Below the pieces are notes generated by a model that was not told where the DNA came from, did not search any database, and saw only the letters and a list, made by a program, of their open reading frames with translations. This document shows positions 59,412 through 64,000 of a stretch of 64,000 nucleotides of DNA, piece by piece; within the stretch, counting starts at the first letter, position 1; the number at the start of each line of letters is the position of its first letter. A program made the translations under genes and the position numbers. This DNA comes from Chrysomallon squamiferum (Eukaryota; Animalia; Mollusca), in contig CM022670.1 of NCBI GenBank assembly GCA_012295275.1, forward strand, positions 6,262,001 to 6,326,000. Direction: 5' to 3'.

Positions 59412-62126
59412 TATTATTTTCAAGCGGGTAACTATACATAATTACGGCATGTATTTTTTGTTTGTTTTTTTTTCTTCTAAATTATGAATAAAAAACAGAA
59501 AAAAACGAATGCATTAAGGTGGAGTTTAGTTTGTTAAGTATCAAATTTTGTATATGCAAGCGAGTTTTCACAAATATATGATCAGCTTGAAGTGTTTTAT
59601 TCTGATTTGTGAAAACAGTTTCTTTCAGTCTCTTTAAATGCGAGAAAACAAAGTCAAAGTTAAAGAATGTGTCACTGCGACCAACTGGTTAGTGGAACTT
59701 GACATGTGAAATCTTATCTCTGAAATCTTTCTTCTGCAATTTTCTTGTCGTTAAACCCTTTGAAACATTCCACGTTTTTTTTCACTGGCTGCAAGTTAGC
59801 CTGTGTTTGTGTCAGTTTGTAGTGGTTTGCGTAAAATTATTCTTAGAAATATGTTTGATTAATGTCTGTTATAAACACTTTTACATACGTACATATACAT
59901 ACATATATTCTCAGATATACACATGCATACACTTATCTGTTACCTACAAATATAAATACAGACGTATAAACGTACATGGACACAAATAACTGTAAACCTT
60001 ACAAAAAAAAAAAAAAAAAATAATAAATAAATACATAAATAAATCAATAAATCAATAATGTATAAAACGTAAATAAACAAATAAATAATGCATAAAACGT
60101 AAATAAACAAATAAATAAATATGTACATCTTAAAGAAACGAATAAATAAACAAACAAAGAAACAAATAAATCAACAAACAAGCAAATAAATCAATAAATG
60201 TATGTTACGTAAACAAAGAAACAAATAATAAATAAATGTATACAAGTTGTAAAGATATCAGTACTATCAAAGCGACAAGATACAAGAGAGAAAACAGGAA
60301 GCGCTGAAGAAAATCTGAGTTAAACAGTCTCACATTATCAGTTTGAACTTTGACCGTGAGCTTCAAACCACATTTCCACTGGCTTAAACATCGACTTACA
60401 CAAATCTCATTACAAGTACTTTTAACACTCGCAGATCGATGGTGGAATGCCGCGCAGTGCACTGTGGTATATATATAGCTCTTTTACTGCGAAGTCGTTT
60501 AAATTAGTACGAGTATCATGAAGACGTTTGTTAGTGCATTGTGTGATATGTAACTCGTTTACTGTTATAGCGAGATACGTAACTCTTCTGTCGTGAAGAT
60601 ACTGAAGTTACTTCTGAACATTATCCTGAAGAAATAATAAAAGTTATTCTTTTTACTGTATATTACGCAAAAACACTGCTGCTAATCTTATTGCTAACCG
60701 TAGTGGTAATTATAAAAACATAATTTACAATCAGAACCCTATTGGCAGTTTTCAGTGGTAATTGTAAAAACAGTGGTCTCATAGTCAGTGTTCTATCAGA
60801 ACTACTTTGTCAGAACACGTCGTATTATCGTGGTGTATGATAAGAAAACTAAACTGTGTGATTAGAAAGATTAACCGAGAATTACAGGGAAACGTGAAGG
60901 AATGTTGAATAACAACACAGCACTTTATTATTTATTACCTGTTTACAGTATCACCAGATTATACACTGTTACACACTGGACAAGAAACACGTAATTAACG
61001 AACAACATTTAGCACATAATACGTTTTGTATGATAGGACATCACGTTTCAGTTTTATGTACTATATATTCTGAGAAAATGGATTCGATCCTGCAACTTAC
61101 AGCACTTGAAAATAATACCGCTACTCCTTAAACACAAGATAACAGATGTTTAATAAATTAGGTGGTTAGTGACTAATCATAAAATAATGAGTGTATTTGT
61201 TGATGGAATAAACATGAAATAATGGATGTTTTTATTATGACATATGTGTATTTGTATACGAGTATACGAGCGTGTTTTTGAATATATATGATATGATATA
61301 CACGTTTTTTTATTTGGGTGAAAAGGTTTATGAACGTACGTGAATATGTATGCGTAGGTTTGCGTAGATGTATATATATATGTTTGTGTCACTGACACGT
61401 CGTTTTTCAGCAGTAAAAAGCGAATACGTAATCAAAGTGGAGGTATTTAATATCAGACAGTATTACACGGAGAAGCAGGTGACGATACAGATATCAGCTT
61501 TTCTGATATAAATTTACTGATAAGACTGGAGCGAGGTGGAGTCAGGTATCAGATGTTGTTACTAATATCACGTCAACAACCATCAAAATGTTGTTTAGAT
61601 TCGCTTTCTCTTTTCTTTCTTTAATCACTTTCCAGTTCAAAAAGAATGGCGAAACTTAAGAAGTAGGAAGTAGTCTCCACTTACTCTGGCAGTAAATTTC
61701 ATCTGTGTTCTACACATTAAGTTCAATACTCGACTCACTTATATCAGTTTGGTAAACTGACTTTTTTTTATCGTTTTGATTCGCGTTACATTCGACTCAA
61801 CAAGACATATAAATAAATAAATCAAACCAAGAATAAAACAAAATAAAAATAAAATAAATAACGTAATAAACTAATAATAATAATAAAAAAAAAAAAAAAA
61901 CTATAAATCTTCTACGGATTGTATAATAATGAGAACGAGGCTGATTTCTGCTAATTAATTACTCGTTTTCGCGGAGAGAACAAACTGGAACAATCCTGTT
62001 TCGTGTATTAAACATGATTCACCTAAAGCGAACAAGCAGCCATCATTTCTCCAGGGAAACGAATTTTTCTCCTGTTTCACTTACTGAACCCGACGTAAAT
62101 TTCAACACAATGATTATAAGCCGAAA

Positions 62127-62350
62127 TTAATCATCAAGTACATTTTAACAAAACCTGTGCAAACCTAATTTAATCATCAAGTAAATGTTAACAAAACCTG
62201 TGCAAACCTAATTTAATCATCAAGTAAATTTTTACAAAACCTGTGCAAACCTAATTTAATTATCAAGTAAATTTTAACAAAACCTGTGCAAACCTTTTTT
62301 AATTATCAAGTAAATCTTAACAAAACCTGTGCAAACCTTTTTTAATCACC
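62127..62350. repeat. 43-bp tandem repeat, about 5 copies (ttaatcatcaagtaaattttaacaaaacctgtgcaaacctaat)
   Basis: Units start at 62127, 62170, 62213, 62256 and 62299. Confidence 0.92.
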
Positions 62351-63717
62351 TTGTAAACTTCGACGTAACTACTACAGATATAAATGATCAGTGTTCGAAT
62401 TATTAAAAAAAAAATAAAAAATAAAAAATACTAACTCAAATGACAGCTCATCGACATTTAGGATATTTTCTGATTTAAATAAAATTATCATTAACACAAT
62501 TTCACAGATTTGTTGTGTTTTTTCTCCTCCAAGAACTGCCAAAATAACAAGAACAGTTCTTTCACTTTTATATACAACTCCGTATTTGATTCATTTTTCA
62601 AACTGTTTAAAGAAAAGTCCATCTAGTTAGAGGTGATATAATTACGTAGGCAAACATTTAATGCGAGCTGAAATAGAGAATGTTTAAGATAACAGTATTG
62701 ACTGTATAAAATAACAGTATTTCGTGAGTGATGTAGTATCACACATCGTGTTGATTTTGATCTGTTTCAAACAGAAGTTTTAAGCGTTGACATAAAAACA
62801 GTCTCAGTTTCAAAGTTTCTATGAATGCTAATCAGACCAGACTGTGAACAGAAAGTATGAACACGTGTAAACAATAAAACCCCACTGACGTTTGAAACGA
62901 GCAAACATCTGTTAACACAACTGATTGGAACAGCGGGTAAACCAAAGATGAGACAGACGTGTTAAAAATAATCTATAATTCTCAGTCTCTTCATTTATAG
63001 CTTACATTACTCATTTATCTTAATACAATACAACAAAAGCAAAAAAATAAAAAAAAAAAATAAAAACCAAAAAAATAAAGAATAAAAACCAAAAAACCCC
63101 CCAAAACCAACCCCCTCAAAAAACCCACCTAAAATAAACTAAAATAAATAAGTAAAATAATAAATAAATAAATAAATAAATAAATAAAAAAAAAAAAAAA
63201 AAAAAAAAAAATCAAATCGATCTTCCTATTATAACATTTCTTGTAGAAAAAACTTAAGTTTACCATTCACGTACGACAGTTCTACGACCTAGCTGTAAGA
63301 TTCTCTCAATCTGTCACTGAAATACTCATGGGGAAGTGAAAAGACGAGTAATGAATCGTTTTAGAAAACGAGGAATTTTTATCGAACTCTAAACTGAGCT
63401 TGCTAGGAAAAGCCAACAACAAGCCGAGAACGTGACAAAATGCCGCCGTTATCGTGTGCTTAATTCGACATCATATTTACGTAATTTGCCGATCACTGCC
63501 GATCAACACCGAGAATTATTGATTTTTCACAAATGGGCAAACATTCATTAAGGCAATTTTCTAAGCTCTAAAATGACTGAGGCAAACCATCCAGTTCTGT
63601 TATCTAGTGTTGTGATTTTTGCAGAGAAAGAAAAAACAAAGATAAAACAGAGAGAGAATGAAAACATAAGAAAAAAAGCGACTGACGTATACAGGAAGAA
63701 AGCCAGATAGATATGAA

Positions 63718-63862
<145 letters not shown>

Positions 63863-64000
63863 GAGAGACAGCCTGAAGGATCCAGTACTATTACATCACT
63901 AATCTAAAACTGATTAGATAAAAATAACACAGTAAATATGTGATTTATTGCTTGATGTTTTATCTTTGTTACTTGCTATTTTCATGTCTTTACATGTGTT

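Noticed and set aside
60390-63330. Candidate ATG exons for the proteolipid gene (near 60409, 61702, 63014, 63329)
   Set aside because: Those with strong gtaagt donors are in the wrong phase (0 or 2, phase 1 needed); those in phase 1 have weak donors and no other support.

Overview
Very AT-rich, microsatellite-dense animal genomic DNA with GT-AG spliceosomal introns. A mollusc/lophotrochozoan origin is my inference only. Three genes can be spliced by hand with consistent exon phases. (1) UDP-glucose 6-dehydrogenase (UGDH): minus strand, 10 coding exons, 478 aa. (2) eIF2B epsilon (EIF2B5): plus strand, 16 exons, 680 aa, head-to-head with UGDH across a CpG-rich promoter. (3) A divergent PLP/DM20/M6 (lipophilin) four-TM proteolipid gene: minus strand, 6 exons found, ATG exon not located; the ORF track largely misses it. 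There is also a probable 5' end of a fourth gene near 8.6-10.3 kb, an intact hAT-type MITE with an 8-bp TSD, and many minisatellites. The most striking unexplained pattern is that at least seven exon boundaries across all three genes are tandemly re-copied into the adjacent intron, leaving decaying echoes of the real splice site. A 12-13 bp motif (RTTRYYTCCCTT) is also dispersed across the window. Most ORF-track entries are microsatellite artefacts.
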